Below, one piece after another: positions 27,079 through 40,258 of a stretch of 62,334 nucleotides of DNA. The notes below the pieces were generated by a model. It was not told where the DNA came from, searched no databases, and was given only the letters and a program-made list of their open reading frames with translations. Made by a program: the position numbers and the translations under genes. This stretch comes from Gaiellaceae bacterium (GTDB taxonomy: Bacteria > Actinomycetota > Thermoleophilia > Gaiellales > Gaiellaceae), in contig DATLDK010000087.1 of the NCBI GenBank assembly GCA_035525905.1, positions 1 to 62,334 of the forward strand. The letters are read 5' to 3'. Every line of letters begins with the position of its first letter. The first letter of the stretch is position 1.

Positions 27079-27836
27079 GACTCCGTATAGACGTTGAGCG
27101 AGCCGCCCCGGACGAAGCCGCAGAGCGTGATCCCACGGTCGGTGGCGAGCTCGATCGCCAGCGACGAGGGCGCTCCGACTGCCACAAGGAGCGGGCAGCC
27201 GGACACAGCCGCCTTCTGGACGAGCTCGAAGGACAGGCGGCCGCTGACGCAGATGATCCAACGCGATAGCGGCAGCAGCCCGTCGAGGAACGCCCGGCCG
27301 ACGACCTTGTCCAGCGCGTTGTGCCGGCCCACGTCTTCCCGCACGCAGAGCAACTCACCCTGCGACGAGAAGAGGCCGCTCGCGTGCAGGCCTCCTGTCG
27401 CTTCGAACGCAGCCTGCGCCGCGCGCAGGCGGTCGGGCAGCGTCACGACGAGCGCGGCCGGAACACTGAGGTCGCTCTCGATGCGCGGCGTCTCGAACGA
27501 CACCGCCTCGAGCGCGCCCTTGCCGCAGACCCCGCATGACGACGATGTGTAGAAGCTCCGCTGCACCCGGCCAAGGTCGACTCCGGGCGCGTCCAGCTCG
27601 ATCGTATTCGCCGCCAGGTCGTCGGGCACGCGGGCGGAAACGGGTTGCAGCCCCTCGGTCAGCGCAAAACCCAGCGCGAGCTCCTCGTCATGCCCCGGGG
27701 TGCGCATGGTCACCGCGACGGGCAACCCGCCGATTCGCAGCTCGAGCGGCTCCTCGACGGCGACGAGGTCGCCTGCCTCGCCGCCCGGCACGCGGATCAC
27801 GGTCACGCGCGCCGTCGTGAGCGCAGGCGCCTCCAC
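27063..27836 (-). CDS. fdhD: formate dehydrogenase accessory sulfurtransferase
   Basis: 257-aa ORF with SSSCGVCGKGALE and VGRHNALDKV. Confidence 0.9.
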   Translation of the reverse strand: MEAPALTTARVTVIRVPGGEAGDLVAVEEPLELRIGGLPVAVTMRTPGHDEELALGFALTEGLQPVSARVPDDLAANTIELDAPGVDLGRVQRSFYTSSSCGVCGKGALEAVSFETPRIESDLSVPAALVVTLPDRLRAAQAAFEATGGLHASGLFSSQGELLCVREDVGRHNALDKVVGRAFLDGLLPLSRWIICVSGRLSFELVQKAAVSGCPLLVAVGAPSSLAIELATDRGITLCGFVRGGSLNVYTESWRIT

Positions 27837-27893
27837 GAGCCGATCCTACTTCGCGCAGGTTTACGGCCGATGAGGCATCTCGGATGTAAGGAA

Positions 27894-28253
27894 ATGATGA
27901 GCGAGCAATCCGCAGTCGACTTCGGTAGCGGGCTTCGTGCCCATCTCGGCCTCGAGCGCGCCGAGCTCGACCTCGTCCCGGAGCCCGAGGCGCCCGTGGA
28001 GCCAGTCGCCGCGACGGTGGACGCCCCCGGCCCGGACGCGGCGGTGACGGAGCAGTTCGAGGCCCTCGCAGCGCTCGAGGCCGAGCTGCTCGAGCGCGAG
28101 CGCAAGCTGACGCTGCGCGAGGCCACGCTGGCGAGCCGCGCCGGCAGTCTGCTCGCCGCCGCGCAGGCGCTCTACGACGACGTGCTCGGCGGCGGTCCCT
28201 CGCCTCACGACGACGAGCTCGGCCGCCTGCGGCGGCGGAAGAGCGTGGCCTGA
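27894..28253 (+). CDS. hypothetical acidic coiled-coil protein
   Basis: 119 aa from ATG 27894, preceded by an AAGGAAA Shine-Dalgarno sequence. GC3 is high. I recognise no family. Confidence 0.5.
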   Translation: MMSEQSAVDFGSGLRAHLGLERAELDLVPEPEAPVEPVAATVDAPGPDAAVTEQFEALAALEAELLERERKLTLREATLASRAGSLLAAAQALYDDVLGGGPSPHDDELGRLRRRKSVA

Positions 28254-28260
28254 CGCCCGC

Positions 28261-28458
28261 ATGCTGGCACGGATCCGCGAGGACCGACTGCTGCGGTGGA
28301 GCGCCTACGCCGCCGTGCCGTTCCTGTGGCTCGCGCTCGCGCTCCTGAACCCCTTCCTCCTGCTCGTGCCGCCGCTGATCACGCTCGCGCTCTGGAAGGC
28401 GATGCAGTACGAGATCCTGTCGCGCGTCGACCCGGTCGACGAGCCCGACTTCTTCTAG
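28261..28458 (+). CDS. small membrane protein (two predicted TM segments)
   Basis: 65-aa ORF with very high GC3. It starts 8 nt after the previous gene. Confidence 0.5.
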   Translation: MLARIREDRLLRWSAYAAVPFLWLALALLNPFLLLVPPLITLALWKAMQYEILSRVDPVDEPDFF

Positions 28459-28465
28459 CTGCTCG

Positions 28466-30292
28466 CTACTCGACCGTGACCGTCTTCGCGAGATTGCGCG
28501 GCTGGTCGACGTTGAGGCCCTTCAGCCGTGCGATCCGGTAGGCCAGCAGCTGCAGCGGGATCACGGCGAGCACGGCCTGGAGGAACTTCGGCGTCTTCGG
28601 CACGTAGATGACGTCGTCGGCGTGGTGCTGGATGTCCTCGTTCCCGTCCGTCGCGATCGCGATCACGTGCGCACCGCGCGCCCGCACCTCCTGGATGTTC
28701 GAGACGAGCTTGTCGTACACGTGGATGTCCGTCGCCACGACGACCACCGGGGTGTCCTCGTCGAGGAGCGCGATCGGTCCGTGCTTCATCTCGCCCGCCG
28801 AGTACGCCTCGGTCGGGATATAGCTGATCTCCTTCAGCTTCAGAGCGCCCTCGAGCGCGACCGGCAGGCCGATGTGGCGTCCGAGGTAGAGGAAGAAGGG
28901 CTTGTCGACGAAGCGGCGCGCGATCTCCTCGATCGGATGGTCGCCGTCGAGGAACTGGTTGATCTTCTGCGGGAGCTCGTAGACCTTGTCGAGGATGAAC
29001 GAGAGTTCGCCGGGCGGCATCGTCTCGCGGATCTGGGCGAGCTTCAGCGCGATCAGGTAGAGCAGCGACACCTGTGCGGTGAACGTCTTCGAGGCCGCGA
29101 CGCCGACCTCCATGCCGCACCGCGTGAAGAGCACCGAGTCGACCTCCCGGGTGATCTGGGAGCCCATCATGTTCGTGATCGCGACCGTGCGCGCGCCCTT
29201 CTCGCGGGCAAGCTTCATCGCCTCGAGCGTGTCGCGCGTCTCGCCCGACTGGGAGATCCCGATCACGAGCGTGTTCTCGTCGATTACCGGGTTCCGGTAG
29301 ATCCACTCCGACGCGATGTCTGGCTCGACCGGGATGCGGGCCCACTCCTCGATCACGTAGCGGCCGACGACGCCTGCGTGGTAGGCCGTGCCGCACGCGA
29401 GGATGACGATGCGGCGCAGATCCCTCAGCTCCTGCTCCGAATGGCCTAGCCCGTCCAGGACGAGCGTCCCGTGGCGGACGCGGTCACCGATCGTCTCCGC
29501 GACGGCCTCGGACTGCTCGTAGATCTCCTTGAGCATGAAGGTCTCGTAGCCACCCTTCTCGGCGCCTTCCTCGTCCCAGTCGAGCTCGACCGGCTCGTGC
29601 TCGACACTCGTGCCGTCGGCGCGCGTGAAAACGGCGCCCCCGGGCGTGACCGCCACGATGTCGCCGTCGTCCGGGAACTGCACGAGGCGCGTCTCGCTGA
29701 GGAACGCAGCCGCGTTCGAGGCCAGGAACATCTCGCCCTCGCCGATCCCGACGACGAGCGGCGTCTGGTGCCGGGCGGCCACGAGCTCGTCGGGATGGTC
29801 GTGATGGATGACGACGAACGTGAAGTGGCCCTCGAGCTCGGTGAAGGTGCGGCGCACGGCCTCGGCGAGGTCGCCCGCGTAGTGGCGCTCGATCAGGTGG
29901 ACGACCGTCTCGGCGTCCGTCTCCGACGTGAACGTGTGGCCGTCCGCGAGCAGGCCGTCGCGGAGCTCCCGGTAGTTCTCGACGATGCCGTTCAGGACGA
30001 TGGAGAGCTTGGCGCCGTCGCAGCCGATCAGGGGGTGCGCGTTCGCCTCGGTGACAGCTCCGTGCGTCGCCCAGCGAGTGTGGCCGAGGCCGTGCGTCGC
30101 GCGGGAGCCATTGGGGCCCGCCGCGACCTTGAGGTTCTGGAGGTTGCCGATCGCCCGGACGTAGTCGAGTCCGTCGGCCTCCCTCAGCGCGATCCCGGCG
30201 GAGTCGTACCCGCGGTACTCGAGACGCTCGAGCCCTTGCAGGAGAAGCGCCTTGCACTCTCTGGGCCCGACGTAACCGATGATTCCGCACAT
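28466..30292 (-). CDS. glmS: glutamine--fructose-6-phosphate aminotransferase
   Basis: 608-aa ORF starting MCGIIGY and ending NLAKTVTVE. Confidence 0.95.
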   Translation of the reverse strand: MCGIIGYVGPRECKALLLQGLERLEYRGYDSAGIALREADGLDYVRAIGNLQNLKVAAGPNGSRATHGLGHTRWATHGAVTEANAHPLIGCDGAKLSIVLNGIVENYRELRDGLLADGHTFTSETDAETVVHLIERHYAGDLAEAVRRTFTELEGHFTFVVIHHDHPDELVAARHQTPLVVGIGEGEMFLASNAAAFLSETRLVQFPDDGDIVAVTPGGAVFTRADGTSVEHEPVELDWDEEGAEKGGYETFMLKEIYEQSEAVAETIGDRVRHGTLVLDGLGHSEQELRDLRRIVILACGTAYHAGVVGRYVIEEWARIPVEPDIASEWIYRNPVIDENTLVIGISQSGETRDTLEAMKLAREKGARTVAITNMMGSQITREVDSVLFTRCGMEVGVAASKTFTAQVSLLYLIALKLAQIRETMPPGELSFILDKVYELPQKINQFLDGDHPIEEIARRFVDKPFFLYLGRHIGLPVALEGALKLKEISYIPTEAYSAGEMKHGPIALLDEDTPVVVVATDIHVYDKLVSNIQEVRARGAHVIAIATDGNEDIQHHADDVIYVPKTPKFLQAVLAVIPLQLLAYRIARLKGLNVDQPRNLAKTVTVE

Positions 30293-30377
30293 CTCAAGCC
30301 CCCTATTCCCGACTCACCCGGGGCCAACCTCCCCCGAGAACGCAAAAAGCCCGGCAAAGCTCCCGACACGACGCGGG

Positions 30378-31637
30378 CTAGCCGAGCTCCCTCTTGACGA
30401 GGGACGCAATCCTACCACAGAGGTCCTGAGCCAACTCCTCCGTCTCGGCCTCGCCGAGCACGCGGATCAGTGGCTCGGTGCCCGAGGCGCGCACGAGGAC
30501 GCGGCCGCTGCCGTTGAGCTCCGCGTTCAGACGCTCCGCCTCCGCAAGAGCGTCCGCCGGCACCTCCCGGCGCGCGACCCGCACGTTCTCCTTGGCCTGG
30601 GCGTAGCGCGGCATCACAGCCGCGGCCTCGGCGAGCGTGCGACCCGCGACAGCTCCGCAGAGCAGTAGCGCCGCCGCGAGTCCGTCACCCGAGACATGGT
30701 CGCGTAGGCAGATGATGTGCCCGGACTGCTCGCCGCCGAGAATCGCGTGCTCGCGCCGGAGTGCCTCGAGCACGTATCGATCCCCAACCGCGGTGGTCAC
30801 GACCCGGATGCCCCGCTCCTCCATCAGGCGGTGGAAGCCGAGATTGGTCATGACGGTGACGGCGACGACGTCGACTCCGAGGTGCAGAGCGAGGATGGCG
30901 AGGATCTGGTCGCCGTCGACCACGTTCCCATCGCGGTCGACGGCCAGCATGCGATCGCCGTCGCCGTCGAAGGCAACCCCGAGATCGAGCCCGCCGGCCG
31001 TGACGGTCTCCTGGAGCAGCGCGAGGTCGGTGGCGCCGCAGCCGCTGTTGATGTTGTCGCCGTCGGGAGCGGCGCCGATCGCCGTCACCTCGGCGCCCAG
31101 GTGCTCGAACGCCTCCGGCGCGATGTCCGAGTAGGCGCCATTGGCGCAGTCGACGGCGATTCGCAAGCCCGAGAGGTCCGTCCCGAAGCGCTCGACGACG
31201 TGCTCGAGGTAGCTGTCCGTGGCGACGCCGACCCGGTCGATGGCGCCACCGCCGCGGGCCGGAGCGTCGAGCAGCGCTTCGATCTCCTCCTCCGACTCGT
31301 CGCTCAGCTTGTTGCCGGAGCGGTCGAAGAACTTGACGCCGTTGTACTCCGGCGGGTTGTGCGACGCGGAGATGACGACGCCGAGGTCGAGCGCGAGGAG
31401 GGCCACGGCTGGGGAGGGCAGAACCCCGGCGAGGACGGCGTTGCCGCCTGCGGAGACCACGCCCCGTGCGAAGGCCTCCTCGAGCTCTGGCCCCGAGGCG
31501 CGCGTGTCGCGGCCGACGAAGACGCGGCCCCGCCCGGACCAGAGGGTCGCAGCCTTGCCGAGCTGCTCGACGAGCTCGACGGTCAGGTCCGCGCCGACAA
31601 CACCCCGGACGCCGTCCGTCCCGAAATAGCGGCGCAA
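30378..31637 (-). CDS. glmM: phosphoglucosamine mutase
   Basis: 419-aa ORF with FGTDGVRG and the phosphoserine loop SASHNPPEYNGVKF. Confidence 0.95.
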   Translation of the reverse strand: MRRYFGTDGVRGVVGADLTVELVEQLGKAATLWSGRGRVFVGRDTRASGPELEEAFARGVVSAGGNAVLAGVLPSPAVALLALDLGVVISASHNPPEYNGVKFFDRSGNKLSDESEEEIEALLDAPARGGGAIDRVGVATDSYLEHVVERFGTDLSGLRIAVDCANGAYSDIAPEAFEHLGAEVTAIGAAPDGDNINSGCGATDLALLQETVTAGGLDLGVAFDGDGDRMLAVDRDGNVVDGDQILAILALHLGVDVVAVTVMTNLGFHRLMEERGIRVVTTAVGDRYVLEALRREHAILGGEQSGHIICLRDHVSGDGLAAALLLCGAVAGRTLAEAAAVMPRYAQAKENVRVARREVPADALAEAERLNAELNGSGRVLVRASGTEPLIRVLGEAETEELAQDLCGRIASLVKRELG

Positions 31638-31644
31638 GAGCGGG

Positions 31645-32040
31645 TTAGCGCTTGGAGAACTGGGGCGCCTTGCGCGCCTTGTGGAGGCCGGCCTTCTTCC
31701 GCTCGACCTTGCGTGCGTCGCGCGTCAGGAACCCCTCCCGCTTCAGCGGCAGGCGCAACTCCGGATCGGCCTCGACGAGCGCGCGCGCGATGCCGTGACG
31801 GACGGCGCCGGCCTGGCCGGACGAGCCGCCGCCGTGGACGCGGACGCGGATATCGAAGGTGCCCTCGACCCCAGCCGTCTTCAGCGGGGCGAGCGCCGCC
31901 ATGCGGTGCGTCATGCGCGGGAAGTAGTCCTCGAGCGTGCGGCCGTTGAACCAGGTCTTGCCGTCGCCCGGACGCAGGATCACGCGCGCGACGGACGTCT
32001 TGCGCTTGCCGGTGCCGAGGTATTGCGCCTGCTCTGCCAC
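31645..32040 (-). CDS. rpsI: 30S ribosomal protein S9
   Basis: 131-aa ORF ending [11 protein letters not shown]. Confidence 0.95.
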   Translation of the reverse strand: MAEQAQYLGTGKRKTSVARVILRPGDGKTWFNGRTLEDYFPRMTHRMAALAPLKTAGVEGTFDIRVRVHGGGSSGQAGAVRHGIARALVEADPELRLPLKREGFLTRDARKVERKKAGLHKARKAPQFSKR

Positions 32041-32480
32041 TACTTGACCTCCAACGTCTTCGGTGCCTGAGCTTCGTGCGGATGCACGGGGCCGGCGTAG
32101 ATCTTCAGCTTGTTGATCTGCTGGCGCGACATCCGGTTGCGGGGAAGCATGCCCTTGACGGCCTTCCTCAGCACCTCGGTCGGACGGCGGTCGAGCTGCT
32201 CGCGCAGCGTCCGCGAGCGCAGGCCGCCCGGATAGCCGGAGTGGCGGTGGTACATCTTCTGGTCGAGCTTCTGGCCGGTGACCGCGATCTTCTCCGCGTT
32301 GACGACGACCACGAAGTCACCGGTATCGACATGAGGCGTGTACTGCGCCTTGTTCTTGCCGCGCAGGGTGTCGGCGATCTGCGTCGCGAGCCGCCCCAGC
32401 GTCTTGCCTTCGGCGTCGACGACGTACCAGTCACGACTGACCTCACCGGGCTTGGCTGTCCATGTCTTCTGAAGTGTCAT
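32040..32480 (-). CDS. rplM: 50S ribosomal protein L13
   Basis: 146-aa ORF with [15 protein letters not shown] and HSGYPGG. Confidence 0.95.
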   Translation of the reverse strand: MTLQKTWTAKPGEVSRDWYVVDAEGKTLGRLATQIADTLRGKNKAQYTPHVDTGDFVVVVNAEKIAVTGQKLDQKMYHRHSGYPGGLRSRTLREQLDRRPTEVLRKAVKGMLPRNRMSRQQINKLKIYAGPVHPHEAQAPKTLEVK

Positions 32481-32497
32481 GTCTTCTGACGTGTCAT
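32461..32497 (-). repeat. 17-bp tandem duplication across the rplM start codon
   Basis: CATGTCTTCTGAAGTGT (32461-32477) is followed by CATGTCTTCTGACGTGT (32478-32494) and then CAT. On the coding strand this reads ATGACACGTCAGAAGAC-ATGACACTTCAGAAGAC-ATG. Confidence 0.85.
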
Positions 32498-33723
32498 TTC
32501 ACAGAAAGAGGGCGCACATCGGGTGCGCCGGCGGCGGATTGTAGCAGGATCCAAAGTGCCGGAAACGCCACGAAAGCGGTCGCGGAGAAGGCGAGTGCCT
32601 CGACACCGAACTGGCTGTAGGCGACCCCGCCGACGAGCACGAGCGTCGCACCGGTGAAGCTCGAGAGCTGGTCAGTGAGGCCGATCAGCTTCCCGCGCTC
32701 CGCGGGCAGGGCGCGGTCCGCGAGCTCCGTGACGGCTGCGACGTAGGAGACGTTCCAGCCGAGGCCGAGCAGGAAGAGCGACGCCGAGGTCCAGGCAACG
32801 CTCTCGAACCAGGCCAGCCCGAGCGTGGAGAGCGCCATCAGCAGGAGGCCGGTCACCTGGCCCGGGCGGCGCCCGAGCTTGTCGATCAGCTGGCCGATCA
32901 CGAGCACGAGCGCGTACATGCCGACGATGTGGAGGCTGATGACCGTGAACACGTCGGACTGGTGGTGCCCATGGTCGATCACGAGATACCCGGTGAGGTT
33001 CATCACCGAGACCATGCCGGCGAAGCTGGCCACCGCCGCTACGAGCGAGGTGAGGACTCCGGGCCGGCGCAGGATCTCGCGCAGCGCGGCGGGCTCGCCT
33101 TCCAGCGCGCCGCTGTCTGCGTACAGCTTGCGGGCGATCGTGCGCGGGTCGGGGCGGACGAGCAGGACGAGCGTGAGCCCGACGACCATGATCGCGGCGG
33201 CCGCGATCCACGGAACGACGAGCGCATCCGTGTCGAGGTCCTTGCCCGCGAAGAGCGGGCGGAAGACGAGCGGGCCGAGCGCCGCGCCGAAGAGCGCACC
33301 GAAGAGCACGTAGGAGATGCCTCTTGCCCTGCGTTCCGGCGGATACATGTCCGCGGCCGCAGCCCGTGCGAGAAGGATCGTGCCCTGCGACATGCCGACG
33401 AGCCCGAACCCGGCCACGACGAGCGCGGCCGACTCGACCTCACAGCCGAGCGCAGTGGTGAGGCAGCCCGCGATCCCCGCGACGCAGCCTCCGGCAAGCA
33501 CCGGGATCCGGCCGAGCCGGTCCATCAAACGTCCCGCCGGCAGCGCGGCGAGCGCTCCTGCGGTGAGGAAAATCGCCGGCCCGAGGCCGAGGATGCCCTC
33601 GATCCCCGTCACGAGCACCAACGTGATCGTCGCGACGGCGACCGCGAGCTGAACCATGCCGGAGAGGCAGGTCAGCGTGGCGGCGAGCAGGACGGTGTTG
33701 CGGCGAATCGGGAAGCTGTCCAC
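32494..33723 (-). CDS. MFS transporter
   Basis: 409-aa ORF with about 12 hydrophobic helices and the loop motif GRLMDRLGR. Confidence 0.85.
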   Translation of the reverse strand: MDSFPIRRNTVLLAATLTCLSGMVQLAVAVATITLVLVTGIEGILGLGPAIFLTAGALAALPAGRLMDRLGRIPVLAGGCVAGIAGCLTTALGCEVESAALVVAGFGLVGMSQGTILLARAAAADMYPPERRARGISYVLFGALFGAALGPLVFRPLFAGKDLDTDALVVPWIAAAAIMVVGLTLVLLVRPDPRTIARKLYADSGALEGEPAALREILRRPGVLTSLVAAVASFAGMVSVMNLTGYLVIDHGHHQSDVFTVISLHIVGMYALVLVIGQLIDKLGRRPGQVTGLLLMALSTLGLAWFESVAWTSASLFLLGLGWNVSYVAAVTELADRALPAERGKLIGLTDQLSSFTGATLVLVGGVAYSQFGVEALAFSATAFVAFPALWILLQSAAGAPDVRPLSVK

Positions 33724-33747
33724 CGAACCGAGCCTATAGTCCGCGAC

Positions 33748-34722
33748 TCAGCGCTCGGGCACGCAGACCCTGTCGTCCGGGCCGACTAGCTCGTCGAAGC
33801 GCTTGTTGAACACCTGGTCGGCGGTCGCGTCGTAGCGGTAGAGGCCCTTGCCTTCCCACCGGACGATGGGCGTCACCCCGGGGCCCATCACCGTCACGCG
33901 ATGCCGCTCGCCGTTCCCGGGCCCGCGCGGCTGCCTCGACGGATAGCCGGGGGGTGGCGCCTGGGCGACGAAGCTGTAGCAGAACGCCCCATTGCGCACG
34001 TGCGTGACGATGGCCGTATCGCGCTTCCAGCCCGGCCCGTAGACGGAGTTGAAGGTGTCGATGTAGACGAAGCGCGCGTAGGGATCGTTCCGCGTGGCTG
34101 ACGGCGTCCGGAACCCGTACACGGGCTCGCCGAGATACCTGAGACGGCCGAAGAGGCCCTGGAGGCTGGCGCCGTACGTCCAGTTGGGCGAGACCTCCAG
34201 TTGGGGCAGCGGTCCCGACCAGTGGGAGACGTGGAGCTCGCGGGCCGAGTGCCGCGGCAGAAAGGGCTCGAAGCCGCGCATGGGCGCCAGCCGCTGCCAG
34301 CTCTGAAGCGCCCAGTAGGAGCCGTCCGGGGCCTTGCAGGCAGCGACGAGGAGCACGAGCGCGGGGCCGTCGTACGGGCGACACCTGTTCCGGAAGGACC
34401 GCGCATACGAGGCACTGCCGTGCATGCGCCAACCGCCGCTGTAGTCCAGCTCGAACTTCACCTGCGGCCGCTGGGGATCCGGCGCCCGTGCGTTCATCGC
34501 CCCGCGGACGACGACGTCGCGACGCGCACCGTTCGTCTTGCGGTAGCTGATGAGCGCCTCGCCCCGCGCGTTGACCTTCAGCGACAGCAGAGTGACGTCG
34601 AAGTCGCCGAGGTACTCGCTGCCGGCGCTAGGCGAAGCCGTGAGCGCCGCGGCGAGGAAGAGGAGAAGAACGGCTCGGAGCAGGCGCCTCTCCTGGCCGG
34701 CTCGGTGCCCTTTTACTCCCAC
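33748..34722 (-). CDS. secreted hypothetical protein
   Basis: 324-aa ORF with a signal-like N-terminus ([21 protein letters not shown]). I recognise no family. The start overlaps the guaA stop region by 10 nt. Confidence 0.6.
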   Translation of the reverse strand: MGVKGHRAGQERRLLRAVLLLFLAAALTASPSAGSEYLGDFDVTLLSLKVNARGEALISYRKTNGARRDVVVRGAMNARAPDPQRPQVKFELDYSGGWRMHGSASYARSFRNRCRPYDGPALVLLVAACKAPDGSYWALQSWQRLAPMRGFEPFLPRHSARELHVSHWSGPLPQLEVSPNWTYGASLQGLFGRLRYLGEPVYGFRTPSATRNDPYARFVYIDTFNSVYGPGWKRDTAIVTHVRNGAFCYSFVAQAPPPGYPSRQPRGPGNGERHRVTVMGPGVTPIVRWEGKGLYRYDATADQVFNKRFDELVGPDDRVCVPER

Positions 34723-36298
34723 TCGATCGTGGACGGCGGCTTCGAGCTGATGTCCAGAGCGACCCGGTTGACGCCGGGGATCTCGTTGATGATCCGGCTC
34801 GAGATCGTCTCCAGCAGGTCGTACGGCAACCGGGCCCAGTCGGCGGTCATCGCATCCTCGGACGTGACGGCGCGGATGACGATCGGGTACGCGTAGGTGC
34901 GCTCGTCGCCCTGCACGCCGACGGACTTGATCGCCGGCAGCACGGCGAAGCTCTGCCAGAGATCGCGATAGAGCCCGGCGCGTCGGACCTCCTCCTGCAG
35001 CACGGTGTCGGCCGCGCGGAGGATGTCGAGACGCTCGCGCGTCACCTCGCCGATGATCCGGATCGCGAGCCCGGGGCCAGGGAACGGCTGGCGCCAGATC
35101 ATCCGCTCCGGCATCCCGAGCTCCTCCCCCACCCGGCGCACCTCGTCCTTGAAGAGGAGACGCAACGGCTCCACGAGGTCCATGGCCATGTCTTCCGGAA
35201 GGCCGCCGACGTTGTGGTGCGACTTGATCTTGGCCGCGACACCGTCGGTCCCGCCGGACTCGATCACATCCGAGTAGAGCGTCCCCTGGACGAGGAACCT
35301 GATGTCCCCGAGCTTGCCCGCTTCCTCCTCGAAGACGCGGATGAACTCCTCGCCGATGCGGCGGCGCTTCTCCTCGGGCTCGTCCACGCCCTCGAGGCGA
35401 GCGAGGAAGCGATCCTGCGCCTGGACGTGCACGAGCGGCACGTGGAAGTGGCCGCCGAACGTCTCAGCGACCTGCTCCGCCTCGTTCGAGCGCATGAAGC
35501 CGTGGTCGACGAAGACGCAGGTGAGCTGGTCGCCCACCGCCTTGTAGACGAGCAGCGCCGCAACCGCTGAGTCGACGCCGCCGGAGAGCCCGCAGATCAC
35601 CCGCTCCGACCCGACCTGCGCGCGGATGCGCTCGACCTGCTCCTCGATCACGGCCGCGGGCGTCCAGGCAGGCGGCGCGTCCGCGACCCCGTAGAGGAAG
35701 TTCTTCAGCACGTCCTGGCCGTGCGGGGTGTGGACGACCTCGGGATGGAACTGGACGCCGTAGAGCCGCCGCGCGGGATCCTCGAAGGCGGCGACCGGCG
35801 TGGACGCCGACCGGCCGGTAATGGTGGCGCCCGCGGGCGGCGTGACGACCGTGTCGCGGTGGCTCATCCACACCGTCTGTTGCGGCGGCAGTCCCGTGAA
35901 GAGCGCTCCCGCGCCATCCTCGAGCTCGGTCTTGCCGAATTCCGAGGCACCGGTGCGGGCGACTTCCCCACCGAGCTCGAGCGCCATCAGCTGGGCGCCG
36001 TAGCAGATGCCAAGCGTTGGAATCCCCAGGTCGAAGATGTCTTCGTCGACGCGCGGCGCTCCCTCGGCGTAGACGGACGCGGGGCCACCCGAGAGGATGA
36101 TCGCGACCGGGTTCCGTTCGCGCGCCTCCGCTGCGGAGAGCGTGTGCGGCACGAGCTCGGAGTAGACGCGGGCGTCGCGAACCCGGCGCGCGATCAGCTG
36201 CGCGTACTGCCCGCCCAGATCCAGCACCAGCACCGGCCGCTCCTCGGCGGCCGGTGCAGCAGGCGGGACGGTGATCGGCAGCGGGTGGACGGTCGCCA

Positions 36299-36299
<1 letters not shown>
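34713..36299 (-). CDS. guaA: GMP synthase (glutamine-hydrolysing)
   Basis: From ATG 36299 (MATVHPL...). It has GATase (GICYGAQLM), an ATP-PPase P-loop (SGGVDSAV) and the C-terminal PPSTIEWE. Confidence 0.95.
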
Positions 36300-38773
<2,474 letters not shown>

Positions 38774-38777
<4 letters not shown>

Positions 38778-39895
38778 CCGAAGAGCCCCCCTAGGTGGTC
38801 GAGCGTTCGTCCCGCATAGAAGCCTACGCGCCCGAGCGTCCCCGGCCGCCCGACGGCGTTCGCAGCCACGAGCGGGGACCGGGCGATCACGGCGCCGCGG
38901 TCGAGCACCTGCACCTCGCCCAGCCGCTGGCCCTTTCGCACGGGCAGGGGGGCTTCGACCGCCAGCACCACCCGCTCCTCGAGCGGCCGCTCGACGTGGA
39001 TCACGCGGAGCGCAGGCCTGGCCGCGACGGCGCTGACCGCACGCTTCCCGTACGCGGTGCGAACCGTGCCGTAGGTGCGCGCGCCGTCGATCGCCCACAC
39101 GGTCCGGTAGCGCGAGAGGCCCCAGGTGAGCAGCGCAGCCAGGTCGCTGTTACGGCCGCTGCGGGACTCGCCGCCGAGCAGAGTGGCGTAGATCGTGACG
39201 CCACCGCCCCGGGCCGCCGCGACCTCCGACCAGCCGGCCCCGTTCGTGTGTCCCGTCTTGACGCCGAGCAGGCGTGGGAACGTGGAGAGCAGGTCGTTCC
39301 ACGTGTGCAATCGGCGGCCCGCTGCCGTGGTGTCGATCAGCCGTACGGTCTCGCGAACGAACGGCTTGTGCATCGCCACGCGCGCAAGCTTGGTCAAGTC
39401 GCGTGCGCTCGAGAAGTGCCCCGGCGCGTCGAGGCCGTCGGGATTTGCGAAGTGCGTGTCCGTGAGCCCGAGCTGCCGGGCCCGATCGTTCATCAAGTCC
39501 ACGAAGCGGCTCACCGAACCGCGGCCCACGAACGCGGCGATCGCATTCGCGGCGTCGTTCGCGCTCTGGACGAGGGCTGCGCGAATGAGGTCGCGCAGGG
39601 TGACCCTCTCGCCCGGACGCAGGTTGATCGTCGACTCGCCGATCGATGCGCTGCGCGAGGAGATCGTGGCCACGTCCTCCAGTGAGGCATGTTCGAGCGC
39701 GACGAGCACCGTCATCAGCTTCGTGATCGAGGCCATGGGCAGCTGCTCGCGCTCGTGCTGCGCGGCGAGCACCTCGCCGGTGCCGCCGTTCTGGACGACG
39801 TACGCCTCCGCGTCGACCGGCGGGGGCGCGGCAGCCGCGACGACTGCGAGCACGAGCGCCGCGGCGAGAGCCAAGAGGAAGGCGACCCGCTTCAC
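38774..39895 (-). CDS. D-alanyl-D-alanine carboxypeptidase (S11, low-MW PBP)
   Basis: 373-aa ORF with a signal peptide and the motifs SITK, SAND and KTGHT. Confidence 0.85.
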
Positions 39896-39907
39896 GCGGC
39901 GGGCACT

Positions 39908-40258
39908 CTACTTGACGCGGATTCGCTGCCCGACGCTCAGCGCGACAGGGTCGATATCGGGGTTGAGGACGAGCAGTTGCTCGACAGTCGTGTCGTGCTC
40001 GTCCGCGATCACGGCCAGCGTGTCGCCCGCCTCGATCACGTAGAACTCGCCGCCGGCCGGAAGCGGCGTGGTGCCGGTCCCGGTGCTCCGCGGCTCTTCG
40101 TTCGTGGTCGGAGCGAGCTCGGTCGTGGCCGCCGCCGTTGGCGTCGCCGCGGTTTCGCCGCTGTCGAGGCCCGAGCGGACGAGCAGGATCGCGACCGTCA
40201 CCGCGAGCAGGAACGCGGCCGGGGCCGCATACCGCGCCAGCCGGTCCTGACCGCGCAT
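39908..40258 (-). CDS. membrane-anchored LysM-domain protein
   Basis: 116 aa from ATG 40258 with an N-terminal TM segment and a C-terminal LysM domain (YVIEAGDTLAVIADEHDTTVEQLLVLNP). Confidence 0.75.
   Translation of the reverse strand: MRGQDRLARYAAPAAFLLAVTVAILLVRSGLDSGETAATPTAAATTELAPTTNEEPRSTGTGTTPLPAGGEFYVIEAGDTLAVIADEHDTTVEQLLVLNPDIDPVALSVGQRIRVK

Noticed and set aside
30293-30377. A possible glmS ribozyme or leader upstream of glmS.
   Set aside because: Only 85 nt separate glmM and glmS, too short for the ~170-nt ribozyme, and I see none of its conserved core. The region contains only a weak AGCCCG/CGGGCU stem followed by UUUU, which could be a leaky glmM terminator.
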